A DNA stretch of 64,000 nt from Eledone cirrhosa (taxonomy: Eukaryota): positions 20,274,001 to 20,338,000 of the forward strand of contig OZ024740.1 of NCBI GenBank assembly GCA_964016885.1, read 5' to 3'. Shown here piece after piece: positions 36,123 through 49,726 of this stretch (position 1 is the stretch's first letter; each line of letters starts with the position of its first letter). The position numbers and the translations under genes were made by a program. A model generated the notes under the pieces. That model did not search any database and was not told the origin of the DNA. It worked only from the letters and a program-made list of their open reading frames with translations.

Positions 36123-38635
36123 TTAAAAGTTAACAAGTCCCGAGTTTGATGCCATAATATAGCTTCTTGACCAAGGTTTTCTTTTTTACTATAGTCTCAA
36201 GTCAGTTCAAGTCTTATGAGTGGATTTTGGTAGACAGAAACTGTTTGGAAGCTTTATAAGTGAATTTTGGCTGACAGAAACTGTTTGGAAGCCCAGACAG
36301 TATTTGCATTTAAAAAATCCAGCCATGTCAGAGTATTTGTCATGCTGATTCATCTTGGGAATTGCATTAGAAGTACATGTTGCTGTGGAATACTCAGCCA
36401 CATACAGGTTAATTTAATGAGTCACATGTCCGGTTGATTGAACAACTGGAATCCTCATCAAACTGTGATATCTCACTGAATATATAACTCACAACTGACA
36501 TTACCACCACTACCACTGTCACTACCACAACTGAGATTACCACCACTACCACTACCACAACTGACATTACCACCATCATTACCACCACTACCACAACTGA
36601 CATTACCACCATCACCAGTCACGACCACCACCACAGCCATCATCACCACTATCTCTGCTATTACCACCACCAACACCACCACCACCACCACAGCCATCAT
36701 CACCACTATCTCTGCTATTACCACCACCACCACCACCACCGCCATCATCACCACTATCTCTGCTATTACCACCACCAGTCATCATCACCACCATCTCTGC
36801 TATTACCACCACTATGACTGCTGCTACCACCACCACTGCTGCCACCATCACTACTAAAATTACATTTATTGCCAGAGACTCTGTTTTTGTTGTAAATAAT
36901 GTTTCACCTGTTTATCTGTGACAATTTTTCAGAATCAGTAGAGGATCTGACAAAATGCCTTTACATTCTAAGTTCAATTGTTGAGGTGAACTTAGCCTTT
37001 CATCCTTCCAGGGCTGATAAAATATATTGTCAGTCAACTACTAGGGCCAAGTTAATCTAATGCTCTCCTCTCATCAAATTTCTCAATTCATATCATCATC
37101 ATCATTTAATGGCCATTTTCACATGTTAGCATGGGTTAGACGAGTTGCCTTGTTGTGAGAACTACCAGGACAGGTGACCATGCCTTACTCATACAGAACT
37201 GCTTTTGGCTTGGTTTCTACAGCTGGGTGCCCTTCCTAATGCCAACCACATTTACAGTGTGTACTGGGTGCGTTTTGTTGTAACACCTACACAACCACTT
37301 TAGTGTGGGGTGGGTGGTGGTGAGGAAAGAGAACTGACTGAACTTATAACAATACCAAGATGTGTAGAGACCGCCACCACCACCACCACCACAACAACAA
37401 CAGTTGTAGCTATTGCAGCAGGTGCACTCTATAAATAAGAGCACTAATATTTAAGTGGCTTAAAAATATTTTAATTGAACTATTAAATGGGATCCTAAAC
37501 TCCCCTCCCACAAAAAAAAACAAAACAAAAAAAAAAGCAAGTTGTTTCCTAAAATTGTTTTCTTTCTCCCCCCACCCCACCAGACCCCTTTTATACTCTT
37601 CACCTTTATTTCTCATCTCCCATGTCCTTATTTTCCTTATTATTGTATAATAAGGAAAATTATGGGTGAAGGTTAGGGTTATTATAAGACTCATAATAAT
37701 AATAACTTTTGATGTTATCACTTAGTCTCTCGTTTTATTCTTCATACATAATTGTGTTGTTTTTTTGTCAGTTTTGTTTCAATTACTAATTTTTTTTTCT
37801 TTTCATGACAATTAACATTTTTGAAATTTTACATAAAAAAAAAAAATAATATATATAAGAATAAAATAATGAATAAATAAATAAAACAAAATAAATACAA
37901 ATAAGAAAACAGAAAAGCAACAAAATTTTGCAGTCAACTCCTTATATGGTAAAAGAAAGAGTAAAGAAATGTAAAAAAAAAAGAAACCCAAAATCAAAAC
38001 TAAAAGAAAAGCTCGGCAGGATGAGTTCATTTCCGTCATAAACCAGCAAATTCTGTTAAAATCATAAATCTGGGGTGGCTTTACCCACCCCCTGCCTTTT
38101 GTTATTTTTTTTGCTCCTGTGTTTTTGAGGTTTGGGAGTTTTAGGGGGGTATTTTTTCTTTCCTTTTTCTTAGATACTTTTTTTTTTTCACCCAAATAAA
38201 ATAAAATTTAGTTTTAGGTTCCTGTTGAAGTTTGTCACTAATTTTCTGACTGTCAGCCAGTCAGTTTTTCACACTTCAAAAAGGTTGGGAACAGAGGGGG
38301 GTTGCACCAATGAGGAAGTTATGGCAAATTCAAATGGAAGGAAGGTAGGTTGGTATACAATGAAGCTGCCCCTCACCCTCAAAACAAACTAAAAAAAAAC
38401 AAACAAACATTAAGCTACAACTGCCGTCTCTACAACTAATACTATTTGTAGTAGTATTAGAAATAATCATTTTGTTCTCTTCGCGCTGACATGGATGTGT
38501 GGTTAAGGAACTCTCTTTGCTACAACATTGTTCTGGGTTCACTCCCACTACATGGTACCCTGGCAACTGTCTTCTCTTATAACCCCAGGTTGAACAATGC
38601 CTTGTCAGAAAAATTTGGTAGATGAAAACTGGCAG

Positions 38636-38678
<43 letters not shown>

Positions 38679-39396
38679 ATAATTTGGTGGTTCAACAAGA
38701 AGTGATTGATAAAAAAAGAACCAGACTTGGAATTAGAAAAAAAAGAAAAGCAGTGCTCCAGCATGGTCACTGTCTCATGACTGATACCAGTAAAAGAAAA
38801 GAATCTGCTGTTATCTTCTCTTTAAAAGAGCAGGTTCCCAACCCATGGTTTGTAGACACCAGGGGAGGGTGTGTTTGGTAAAGGTAGTGCTGGAGGAGGG
38901 ACTGTCATTTAAGTTATTATTCGGTGGATTGGCCGGTAGAGCATTGGACAACATGCTTTGCTGCATAGTTACGGCCCTTTACGTTCTGAGTTCAAATCCT
39001 GCCAAGGTTAGCTTTGCATTTCATCCTTACAGGGTCGATAAAATAAAGAACTAATGCACTGGGGTCGATTTAATTGACTTCCCCCTCTGCCAAAATTGTT
39101 AGCCTTGTGCCTAAATCAGAAAACATTATTAGCTATTACCTATACTTCATAGCTTTAGGATTATCCATCCATATATCAATTCCTTCAGTAATTTTTTTGT
39201 CCCGGTTGGTTTTAGATAGTCCTACCTGTCTAGCACTGATTAGATAGGTAACATTACACATACACCACATGCACAAATACTGCTAAAGTTACACATTTGG
39301 CCTGGCTGAAATATAGGAAATACATTTATTACATTTGCTGGATTTAGGGTATCGAGGCCTCTCTTTTATCTAGATATTTTGTGTCATGAATACATG

Positions 39397-39442
<46 letters not shown>

Positions 39443-39625
39443 CATCATCATCATCATCATCACCGTTTTACGTCCGTTCTTCCACGCTAGCATGGGTTAG
39501 ACGGGTTGTCCTGTTGTGGGCAGTGTCTGGTCGGCTGACCATGCCTTGCTCATACAGGAACTGATCTGGCTTGATTTCTACAGCTGGATGCCCTTCCTAA
39601 CACCAACCTCATTTACAGTGAGTGC
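39443..39625 (-). mobile_element. RTE 3'-end fragment (second subfamily) fused to a tRNA gene
   Basis: Near-identical to ~25905-26080; (CAT)n tail; stops abruptly at AGTGAGTGC. Confidence 0.9.
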
Positions 39626-39631
39626 AAAAAA
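39626..39631 (-). terminator. RNA polymerase III T6 terminator of the tRNA
   Basis: TTTTTT on the minus strand, 5 nt after the discriminator base. Confidence 0.8.
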
Positions 39632-39636
39632 CAACA

Positions 39637-39707
39637 TGCATCGGCCGGGAATCGAACCCGGGCCGCCCGCGTGGCAGGCGAGCATTCTACCACTGAACCA
39701 CCGATGC
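39637..39707 (-). tRNA. tRNA-Gly-GCC: tRNA-Gly (anticodon GCC), 71 nt
   Basis: Reverse complement GCATCGGTGGTTCAGTGGTAGAATGCTCGCCTGCCACGCGGGCGGCCCGGGTTCGATTCCCGGCCGATGCA: full acceptor stem, A and B boxes, no encoded CCA. Confidence 0.96.
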
Positions 39708-41163
39708 TTACATGTATGTATGTATGTATAAAAAAAAACAAATCTTTGTTTACATATAGTTAGTTTTTTTATTATGTATCAATCTCTTACACTCATTTTG
39801 GGTCCACCACCAGTAATTCACTGAATCACATACATTATATATATATATATAAACTAAGCCAAAATATAGATCCGTATGAGCAAGTCGTGGTTTCTGGACC
39901 TGACTTGTCTCATAACATGACAACCCATCTAACCCATGCAAGTGTAGAAAAATAAACGTTAAATGATGATGATGATGTTGATATATAATGCTCACACATA
40001 TATGTATATTCTAGTCATTACATAGTGGATGAATCACTTTACCCATTTGAAAACCAGAACTGTTACATTCATTTTGCATTCATCATATATTTCTAAATAA
40101 ATGATGAATCTGAAGTTAATTTAAACAGTTTTTATGTGTTTCTTTGAATGACTAAAACAACCCTTCCATGTTGTAATTGCTTCTGTTTCAACACACAATA
40201 TGACTCCTGTGGACATGCTTACAAAATCAGAAAACAGTACAGCTCCCATGACTTTCGGAGACATTTTTTAACGCTCAGAGTTGTTGAAGCATAGAACAAA
40301 CTACCTGCATCAGTTGTTAGCTGTCGGGACACTGATCCTTCAAAACCTCTATGCTTCCCAAAATTCGGCAACACTACACCTGATATTACCTCTGTGTGTG
40401 TGTCTCATACACTGTTCACTTTCTTGACTTTTGTACATTATTCTATGTACTGTACATGCACTTTTGGTGAATTGTAGTGCACCTGAGCATAGTATACAAT
40501 AATTTTCATTATTTTACACCATGGTCAGAAATGAAGTTACTTGCCAGTAAATAACAACTCCAAAATATTGTAAGGTTGAAACCATAAATATTGATAATTC
40601 AGCAATTTTATGTTTGATGTTTTTGTTCTTGAATTATTGGAAACAGTTTACTTTTTCTTTAATGATGTTTGCAGAGAATGGACAGGGTTTCTGTCACTAT
40701 GTTTGGTACCTCTCTCACCTGTAATATAGTACCAACATGACATGATAGCTGCCTAGTTCTTAAGTCACTTTGGATCAAAGCATGCTGGATTTTAAATATT
40801 AAAAGCCTGCATGTGAAAAACTCCTTAAACTCTTCAGAAAACATTGATTCCAGCATGTGCTTGTGCCTGTCAGAACTTCTCCTATCTGGTCTTGTAATGT
40901 TTGCATGTCTTACTAATTTCTTTTTTCACTCTAGCAGAAGCCAAAGGATGTGATTCTCCTGTCTTTGCTGCCAATGTGATGAAATACCAACACTGCATCA
41001 TACCAAAACTCTCTTCATTTACTTTCTATTGTTTGCATGTTTTATAATAACTCCCATTATATCTCTATCGCCCTGCCTTTCTGTTTCATTTCCCTTCTTT
41101 TCCCACCATTCATTTCCTCTATTTTCATTGTATTGTGCCCTCTTTTTCCCGGCCCTCCTACAG

Positions 41164-41352
41164 GTGGTAAATGACTTGGATGAAGCTAACTGCTTGGCTT
41201 TAAAAGCTGCCGAGGCTGCTAAAGAACAACGCCAGGGCAGAGATGAGGAGCTGCAGCCAAAGGAGCCCCCACGCGAGATCCCTAAAGAGGCTGCAGTCAA
41301 CTCTGAGCCCAAGACATCTTCTCTAGTAAATATGGAGGATACATTCACAAGG
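41164..41352 (+). CDS. LRCH: Internal exon of the LRCH-family gene
   Basis: Long pyrimidine tract then ctacag| ... AGG|gtcagt; 189 bp, phase 0 to 0. VVNDLDEANCLALKAAEAAKEQRQGRDEE... resembles recalled LRCH3 DLPLRVAEITKEQRLRRE. Donor position less certain. Confidence 0.78.
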
Positions 41353-42063
41353 GTCAGTAAAGTTACAGTGCTTAACTAACAACATTTTTTTTTGCCTTCT
41401 AACAGAAACATCAGTTTTCACACTTAATAACATTCATTTGAGTTTCTCTTAGTTTTCTTTTACGAAGACTTACTTAAAATTTTATCTATTTTCATTCTTA
41501 AACCTGAATTTTTTCAGAATTAAACAACCCACTATATTAACAAACTCCTCAGCTACATGCTAATTCCTTTAATATTTCAGTTACTGTTCCCTTATCAACA
41601 GAGGGATTTAGCTTACTTTACAAGGTCCTTCATTTATAATCTATAACAATGTAAAGATGACAGCCATAATTTCCTCTATACTATATCAATTTAATAACAG
41701 AAACCTCACAGCTTAATCTAACATAATGTTCACCAACAAAACCATAATACATTATATATCCATTAAGGATTATGCCAGTAGTCCTGCCTTGGTCTCCATA
41801 CAATCTCACTTCAACAAATCCCAACAAACTACAAACATCATCACAAGCCATATACAGACTACGCCCAGACAGAGATATTGATGATAAAAGACCACCTAGA
41901 ACGAGGAAGAGCACAGTTCATTGCTGTAGCAGACTTTAAATCACAATTTTTTCACCTATATGTATTAATTAGCTCACCTACAACAACCCAGAACATTCTA
42001 GAACTTTACTAACAATTCTATTCCTCTCAGCCCAGACAAATGCACACTACTATGCCATTATTC

Positions 42064-42390
42064 TTACAACTCTCTCTCTAAACACAACTAGCATACACTA
42101 AAACACATATATAGCATTAGTTTACAACTTTCTCTCTCTAAACACAACTAGCATACACTAAAACACATACATAGCATTAGCTTACAACTCTCTCTCTCTC
42201 TAAACACAACTAGCATACACTAAAACACATATATAGCATTAGCTTACAACTCTCTCTCTCTAAACACAACTAGCATACACTAAAACACATATATAGCATT
42301 AGCTTACAACTCTCTCTCTCTCTCAACACATCTACCATACATCAAAACACTGACATAGCATTATGTTACAACACTCACTCTCTCTCTTTC
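42064..42390. repeat. ~60-bp minisatellite, ~5 copies
   Basis: TTACAAC(TC)nTAAACACAACTAGCATACACTAAAACACATATATAGCATTAG. Confidence 0.9.
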
Positions 42391-44572
42391 TCCCAATCAG
42401 TTCAGACATATCTACAAAACATAGACATTGAAATAAAAGTTGCTTCAATAGCCTCACTATTCACCAAACCCTGCGTTGGGGTGTACTCTGTTAAGTACAG
42501 AGCAACAGCATTGGTCAGATTCTGACCAAGTCCACCTTGTGGGAGACATACAAGAAGAGACTGAACGCATTAACCCCATGTAATAAAACACTGCATGTTG
42601 GAGAGAATATTGTGGTCCTCAGAGTTATATCGAGGCATGGGGTGTCTTTAGCACTTGATCTCTTGATCAAAGTCCTTTGATCACCTATCTGTGTTCTAAA
42701 AGTACCACTGAATCACAGCTAGTTGCTTTGTTAACTGTCTGTGTTATATAACTACTGCTGGTCATTTGATCAACTACCTATGTCCTATATGTATTGCCAG
42801 ATCACACGTTATTTGATCAACTATCTGTGTTGTAAAAGTACTGCTTGATCTCATCTGGTTATTTGGTCAACTACTCATGTCCTTTATCTACTGCTTGATC
42901 TCACCTGGTCATTTGATCAGCTGTGTACTATAAGTACTGCTTTATCTCACCTAGTCACTTGATCAGCTGTGTACTATAAATACTGCTGGATCTCACCTGG
43001 TCATTTGATCAGCTGTGTACTATAAGTACTGCTGGATCTCACCTGGTCATTTGATCAACTACCTATGTCCCATATATACTGATGGATCACATACAACCAC
43101 TTATCTGTATGGTATAATTAGTGCTGGATCTCAGCAAACTAGCTACACAACAACAACAACAACAACAATGCAAATATATAACACAAAGCTAAGAAAATAT
43201 ATTGAGATAAATGAATAGTTCTGCAGTGCACCAGTATTACTGAACATGGGTTATAAATAAAACAAAACAAGCCTTTTAAGGCCATTTCCTCTGCCAAAAC
43301 AGGGGCTAATCTTGCAGACCCTATGAGGTCTGTTTTGAGGCAATATTTTGCAACCAGATGCCCCTTCCGGGTGCCAACATTTTTAGTCACCTCTTACAAA
43401 CATGCAGGGATAAGATGTATCTCTTCTAAACTACACGTGGATATGATAGACTGTAAATGAACTTCAGAAATATAACAACTAATTCGATATTAACTTAAAT
43501 AAAAAGATACATTGACATGTCATGAAACTAATAATAATGAAACTAATTTATAAGTATTTTCCTTCTGATTCTAACATACTAGTATATAATATAGTAATAG
43601 GAACAATTTGGGGGAGTATTTAATTTCACTTGTTTCTGCTTTATTAGTTGTAAAGTGGTTAGGGAGTAAGTGGATATGACATAAGTTTGAGAGTGTTCCT
43701 GTAAAGTTGTTGGTATTAGGAGGGGTATCAAGCCATAGAAACCATGTAGAAATGGATCATATAAGAGAAGCAGGGTTCCTCAACAGAATAAAAATCCACC
43801 CAGACTGTGACAGCTTGTCCATTCCATACTGGCATGCTATTGACCATATTACCTGGAGATTGAACTCCTGGTAGAAGCCAACAAGGTGTGTTCTATTTTG
43901 TCATGTCACCTTCAAGAAAGGATTGCCAAAACTTATTAAAAATCACATCTTAATGTCTTAAGGCCACATTGGATGATGTGGTCCTCCATGCAGAGTCTAA
44001 AAAACAAGATGGTCACAACTGAAATACTTTTAATGATAGGTCTTTTCAAGTAGGCCTGACACGGGGACAAAACATCGACTTTTGATAGACTTCAAATATT
44101 TCCTAATGTTGATTGACACCAGGTTCATTGGAAACCTTCAACTCAGTACAGCAAAGTAACACATTTAACACTTGTTAAATACCCAGAATCCATGAGCTGT
44201 ATCTATGTATGCAATCCATTTAAACCCGTGTGTAATCATAAGCTGTACCTATGTTAGGTATCTATTTAAAGCCATGTGTAAATGATGAACTAGTGAAAAT
44301 TAAATGCCTTTGTTATGCACTCTACACCTTTCAGATGGTATGATATCTGTGGCATCACCTGTAACTCCTTCCAATCTAAGGTAGGTTTGCAGATAATGCT
44401 ACTTAAAAACTTCATGCCTGATGGTTAGAATCATATTATCAACTAAGTTAGTTAGAACTCACCCATGGGCAATCCTTTTCTGTGTGTGTGTGTGTGTGTA
44501 CACACACATTGGTAGAAATCCATAGATAAAAGGTCAAGGAAAGCAGTGCTCAATCTGTTGGAAGAGAGCATA

Positions 44573-44749
44573 TATAGTGTAAACAAAGGTACATACACCT
44601 AACATGTATGTGCTACCAATGGTTTCGCTGTCCAGTTATGGCTACCACTGTATAATGGAGATGTACTTTTAAACTGGCCCTTCATTCAGGCATGTGGAGA
44701 AAATGGTAGCACATACATGTTAAGTGTATGTAACTTTGTTTATACTATA
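44573..44749. mobile_element. Foldback/MITE-like element, ~45-bp inverted arms
   Basis: TATAGTGTAAACAAAGGTACATACACCTAACATGTATGTGCTACCA pairs with TGGTAGCACATACATGTTAAGTGTATGTAACTTTGTTTATACTATA. Confidence 0.75.
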
Positions 44750-44993
44750 CATATATTGGCCTAGTGGTAAGGGTGTTTGACTTATGATCCCTGGGATGCA
44801 TGTTGTGTTCTTGAGCAAAACACTTCATTTCACGTTGCTCCAGTTTACTTAGCTGAAAATGAGTTCCAGCAATAGCTGGGGGTTTAACCCTGCAATGGAC
44901 TGGCATTCTGTCCAGGAGGGAGTCTTATACTCTGTCGCTTCACGCCATGAAACCGGGATAAGCACCGGCCAAATGAGCCTTCTGGCTTAAGAC

Positions 44994-45032
<39 letters not shown>

Positions 45033-46029
45033 AATAAATCTTATTCACGGAGCATTGCACTAATTTAAACTAACATACATTCAAAATATATAATTTCTAG
45101 CAAAATTTTGATTTTTGTGGTACTTTCTAACACAATTCACTACTATTTTCTGTTATTTTTTTTTATGAAGTTCCTCTGGCAACTCCGTTCTGAAGGGAAA
45201 AAGTCCTAAAGAATACAGATTAGGTGTGAGCAAGAGCTAGATCTTGTTTTTTTTTAGATGCCATCTATTTCACATAATTCCTGAAAGTATACGGATTTCA
45301 TAGGGCTTTTATGCAACTCCAAGAAGCAAATATTTTTGGAATGGCATCAGATATAAGAAGACGTTTGAGGTAGAAAAGAGTAATAAGGCCACTCATTGTT
45401 CAGATAGAAATAATATTTTTTAACTGTCTATTTAAGCTGTGAAAGGCAGTGCCCAGGCCTCTGAGATTGGTGAGGAGGAGGTAGGAAGTTTAACTGTCTA
45501 TTTAAGCTGTGAAAGGCAATGCCCTAGCCTTCAAGATTAAGTTTATTCTCAAATCTGAGAAGTAGCCCAAATCTTTGTCACAAAGTGGGGTACTGCTAAC
45601 AGCTCCCAAAGGGCCAAGTGATGAATTAAATCTACCATCTAAATAAGACCGTAGCAGGATTTGAACTTAGAATATGAGGAGGTGAACCAAATACAAAATA
45701 TTTCATCTGATACTTCCTGTATTTCTACTACGTATTATCAACCCTTGAAAGGAATAAAGGCAAAGATGATATTGGTGGGGTTTGAATAAATACCACAGGG
45801 GATTTTGTCCCATCCTGTAATGACTGCCTACCTCATGCTGGCCTAGAGACATGTGGCTGCAGCCCTGTTACTGGGTATATTGTCATTTTCTACCTCAAAT
45901 TGCTGTTTATGCCTAATATTATTTTCATGAAATTTTAATATTTCTGAGTTTTAGTATGTCAAGTTGCTATTTTTTATACACTGCTATGGCTACACACACA
46001 CACACACACATATATATCTAGGGTGGGTA

Positions 46030-46442
46030 AAATTCTCGAGATCCATGGACGAGTTCTCTCCAGCGGTCTCTGTCCTTCATTATCGCTACCATGTCCTGCG
46101 TCTCCAACAGACCAGTGTCTGTCCTTGGGGCATCAACATACGTTAACCTTGTGCAATGTCAACTCTGGATGTCAGTGAGCATGTCCAGCTAACCTCAGTC
46201 TCCTCTGTGTCACTTTTGAACTGACTTTTGGGAGGCTCCCATACAGCTCTGAGTTTTTCATCCTCAGTGTATACTGATTAATGTTCAGAGCCATTCTCAG
46301 CATTCTCGTGTATCACCCATCCACCATCTGAGTGAGTTTCTTGGTCAGTGTCCAAGTCTCAGACCTGTACAGCAGCACAGACCCCACTACAGCAATGAAG
46401 AGGTGGATTTTCAGGTCTTTACGAAGGTCTGACTTCCACACC
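46030..46442 (-). mobile_element. Old 3' fragment of a different RTE/RTE-X-like LINE
   Basis: Minus strand reads VWKSDLRKDLKIHLFIAVVGSVLLYRSETWTLTKKLTQMVDG*YTRMLRMALN, like the LYGSETW region after RT. Confidence 0.7.
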
Positions 46443-49400
46443 GATCTATATATATATATAAAAGTTAGGATGGATTCAGTTTGAAACTGGTTAGACCATT
46501 ATTCAACATAGCACGCGATACTCAGGGTAGTAGAGTATGGTTATATTATAAAGAGTGGGGACCCGACAGCTGAGCTCTTGCCATTTCACCAACCAGTGAC
46601 ATGGCAAGAGCTCAGCCATCGGGTCCCGACTTTATTATATATATATAATCTGATGATAATGTCCTACCTCTCTCTTCCTCTCCACATAGACTAACTGCTT
46701 AATACATCTCTCTGTTGCATCCTCTCTCTCTCTCTCAATATTGACACCTACCACTTCTACAAACCAATTGCTACTGCTATTCATCAATTAAAATTAAATG
46801 TTATTAACTACCTTTCATTGCTTGCTGCTCCAAATTCTTTGCCTTTGCTTATCTGGATGGAACATGGAACTATTTTTTTAATTTAACTTTTTTCAAATTT
46901 ATTATTATTATTATTATTATTGTTGTTGTTGTTTGCAAACTGCAACACCCTATTATTGGATTGGCAGTATTGGTAGTGTCAGACACCATGCTTTGCAGCA
47001 TAGGAGTTATGGCCCTTTACATTCTGAGTTCAAATCCCACCAGGTTAACTTTTCCTTTCATCCTTACAGGGTCGATAAAATAAAGTACCAGTAATGCACT
47101 GGGGTGGATTTAATTGACTTTCCTCTTCCTAAAATTGCTAGCCTTGTGTCTAAATCAGTAACCCTTATTATTTAGCAAACAAAATGTCTTACAGCATTTC
47201 AACCAGCTCTTTACATTGACTGAGGTCATGTATTTCTTTAATCTTTTCTTAGTTTCTGAAATAAAGTACCAGTCATTTACTGAGGTCAGTTTAATCAACC
47301 AGTCCCAATATCCTTATATTTCTGGCCTTGTGCTTGTATTAGACACAATTTATTGACCTTATTTTTCTGTTTCATGCTAGATCAAATTTGAGCAATTAGA
47401 CCATTCTGATCAGCACTGTAGGCGATATCATCCAATGTATCATTCCTATTTTTAAAGCTGTGAAATATGATTTGAGCTAGATTTCATTATTATGATGAGC
47501 AGCCTTTTTGGTTTTTACTGTTTAGGCTAGGAGGGAATGGCAGTGACTGGGACCTTTTTTGGGGAGTCTTTTAGACTGGCAGGAAGGAGGGATTGGAGAT
47601 CTGGGGCAGAGTGGACTCAGCTAAAGTAACCCAAGGACCAGGTAGTGGTGTTAAATCAGATGGCAGATTAAGTCTACCACTGAAGTACACCACAGCAGAG
47701 TTTGTACTCACAATACAAAATAGTGGAATAAATGTTACAATTACTCTCACCTGACACTCTAACAATTCCACTTATTCACCACTCTGGTCTCGTAATTTAT
47801 TTTGTTAAAGATGAAAGGCAAAGTTGGCTTCAGCAGGATTTGAACTCCGAGTCTGAATTTTACTGCCTATTACCAATATGATTCCTAGAGACTCTTATTT
47901 TGTGTTTACTCTCTTGCTGAAGTGACTGAAATTCTCCAAATAGTTGTACATTCCTTAGAAAATAATATAATGTAAACATGCCAGAATTGCCAAAGTTTGG
48001 ATTTACTGATAATTCTTCACAGAGAAAACTTTCATAAGGTCTGAACTATAGAGAAGAAATTCCTCCCTTGATGTGAGAAATTGGAATATAAACAGTTCCA
48101 ATTTTGTTTGTCTTAAAAGATAATTCCAACAGGTAGAAATTATTGAACTAGTTTCTCTTGAATTTCCGAACTGTAATTTCTCATGAGATTCAGCTGCTAA
48201 ATAATTATTTACCTTTGTAGTTTGTTTAGTAAGTTTAGATAAACATAGTTTAGTGACTTGGATTGGATTTGTATAAAATACACTCTGTAAAGTAGAACCG
48301 CTGGTGCCACGATAAAATGCACCCAGTACACTCTAAAGTAGAACTGTTAGCGCCATGATAAACTGCATGTGTATGTGTATACTCACATGTACACACACAC
48401 GTACTGGCTGCCACTTGATTTCGAGTAATGCCATCATCTGATAATTAAACATGTGCATCACAGTGTGTCCTGCTAGGGACTTGCCTTTGGTCAGCAATGC
48501 CATGCACTGCACAAAATGTCACATATCAAGCGATGCCTGTGCTTGAAGCTTTTTTAGTGAAGAAAGACTTTGCACAGGGCCAATCCCACTCTCTGAACAT
48601 TGAATGCATTTGCCAAAAAAGAACTGGTCTAAATCACAGGTTTTATATCAGAGGGACCTTCTCCTAGAGAGATGTCTTAATGAAGTCTAGGAGTCTCTCA
48701 TTCCACAAAAAACAACTTTATTACATGGCTGTTGACTGTCCTGAGTTCCTCCACCCTTTGACAGATTGTGTTTTACATCATGCAAGGAGTACAAAATCAC
48801 CCTCCTCACCAAGCAAGCTTAGTGGTGTTGGCGGTTTAGTTGCCGACGACCCACCCAGGCACAGGTTGTACTGGGCTACATGTTACCAGTAGCACTGAAG
48901 AGCGACCTGACATAAACATACAGACAGACAGACAGAGACAGACGGACACACACACACACAATCAGCCTTGTAGAATTTGGGGCTTTATATCATATTAGAA
49001 GCATTAACTATTTTGTGTGAGCAAACTGCTGCCAATGCAAAGAAAACTTTGTAAGGTTTCAATTAAAAATTCTTTAATTTTTAGATATTTGTCTAATAAT
49101 TATGTTGGAGTTGGCCAACTGGAATATTATGACATCATCTTATAATGACAATTATAATTTAGGTTTTTAGCCTTGACATTACTGCAATAGGAAGTTGTGT
49201 TAAGAGTGACACACACGTGTAGATATACATATATATGTTTGGTATACATATATATGTTATGTATATACATGTGTGTATGTTATATATTTAATCTATTTAT
49301 AGTTTATTAGTGAGAATTTATTACTAACATTATTGATATGGAGATGATTAATTAAAATATTTCAAGAATAAAATAAATATTAAGTCTAACATTCCCTAAA

Positions 49401-49726
49401 TATATTAAGGAAGTTAAATGAATGAGGGTTGAGTTAATTTTAATCTTTCTTGTAGCGGTCAATCTTTAGTACTTGTTTGGTCATTCATCATCACTCGTCC
49501 GAAGTGCAGTTACATTACTTTACATTGGGTCTTTAGACAACATCCTTATAAACCTCTGGCAGTTTTAGATTAATTAATAATTATGTAATTAACAATACCG
49601 TAATGTATAGGACCATAACTATAGTATTAACTGGAACATCTGTATTTCAGTTAATTGTTGATAATTGCTTGACATTTGTAGCTGATACCAAAGTAACTCT
49701 ATCTTTCATCCTTTTGAGGGGGAAGC

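Noticed and set aside
37490-38220. Homopolymer-rich stretch with ORFs 37410-37721 and 37812-38195
   Set aside because: Low complexity with no motifs; may be low-quality consensus sequence.
48402-48891. Possible DNA transposon remnant bounded by TACTGG...CCAGTA
   Set aside because: The inverted match is only 6 bp and I could not read a convincing transposase motif.
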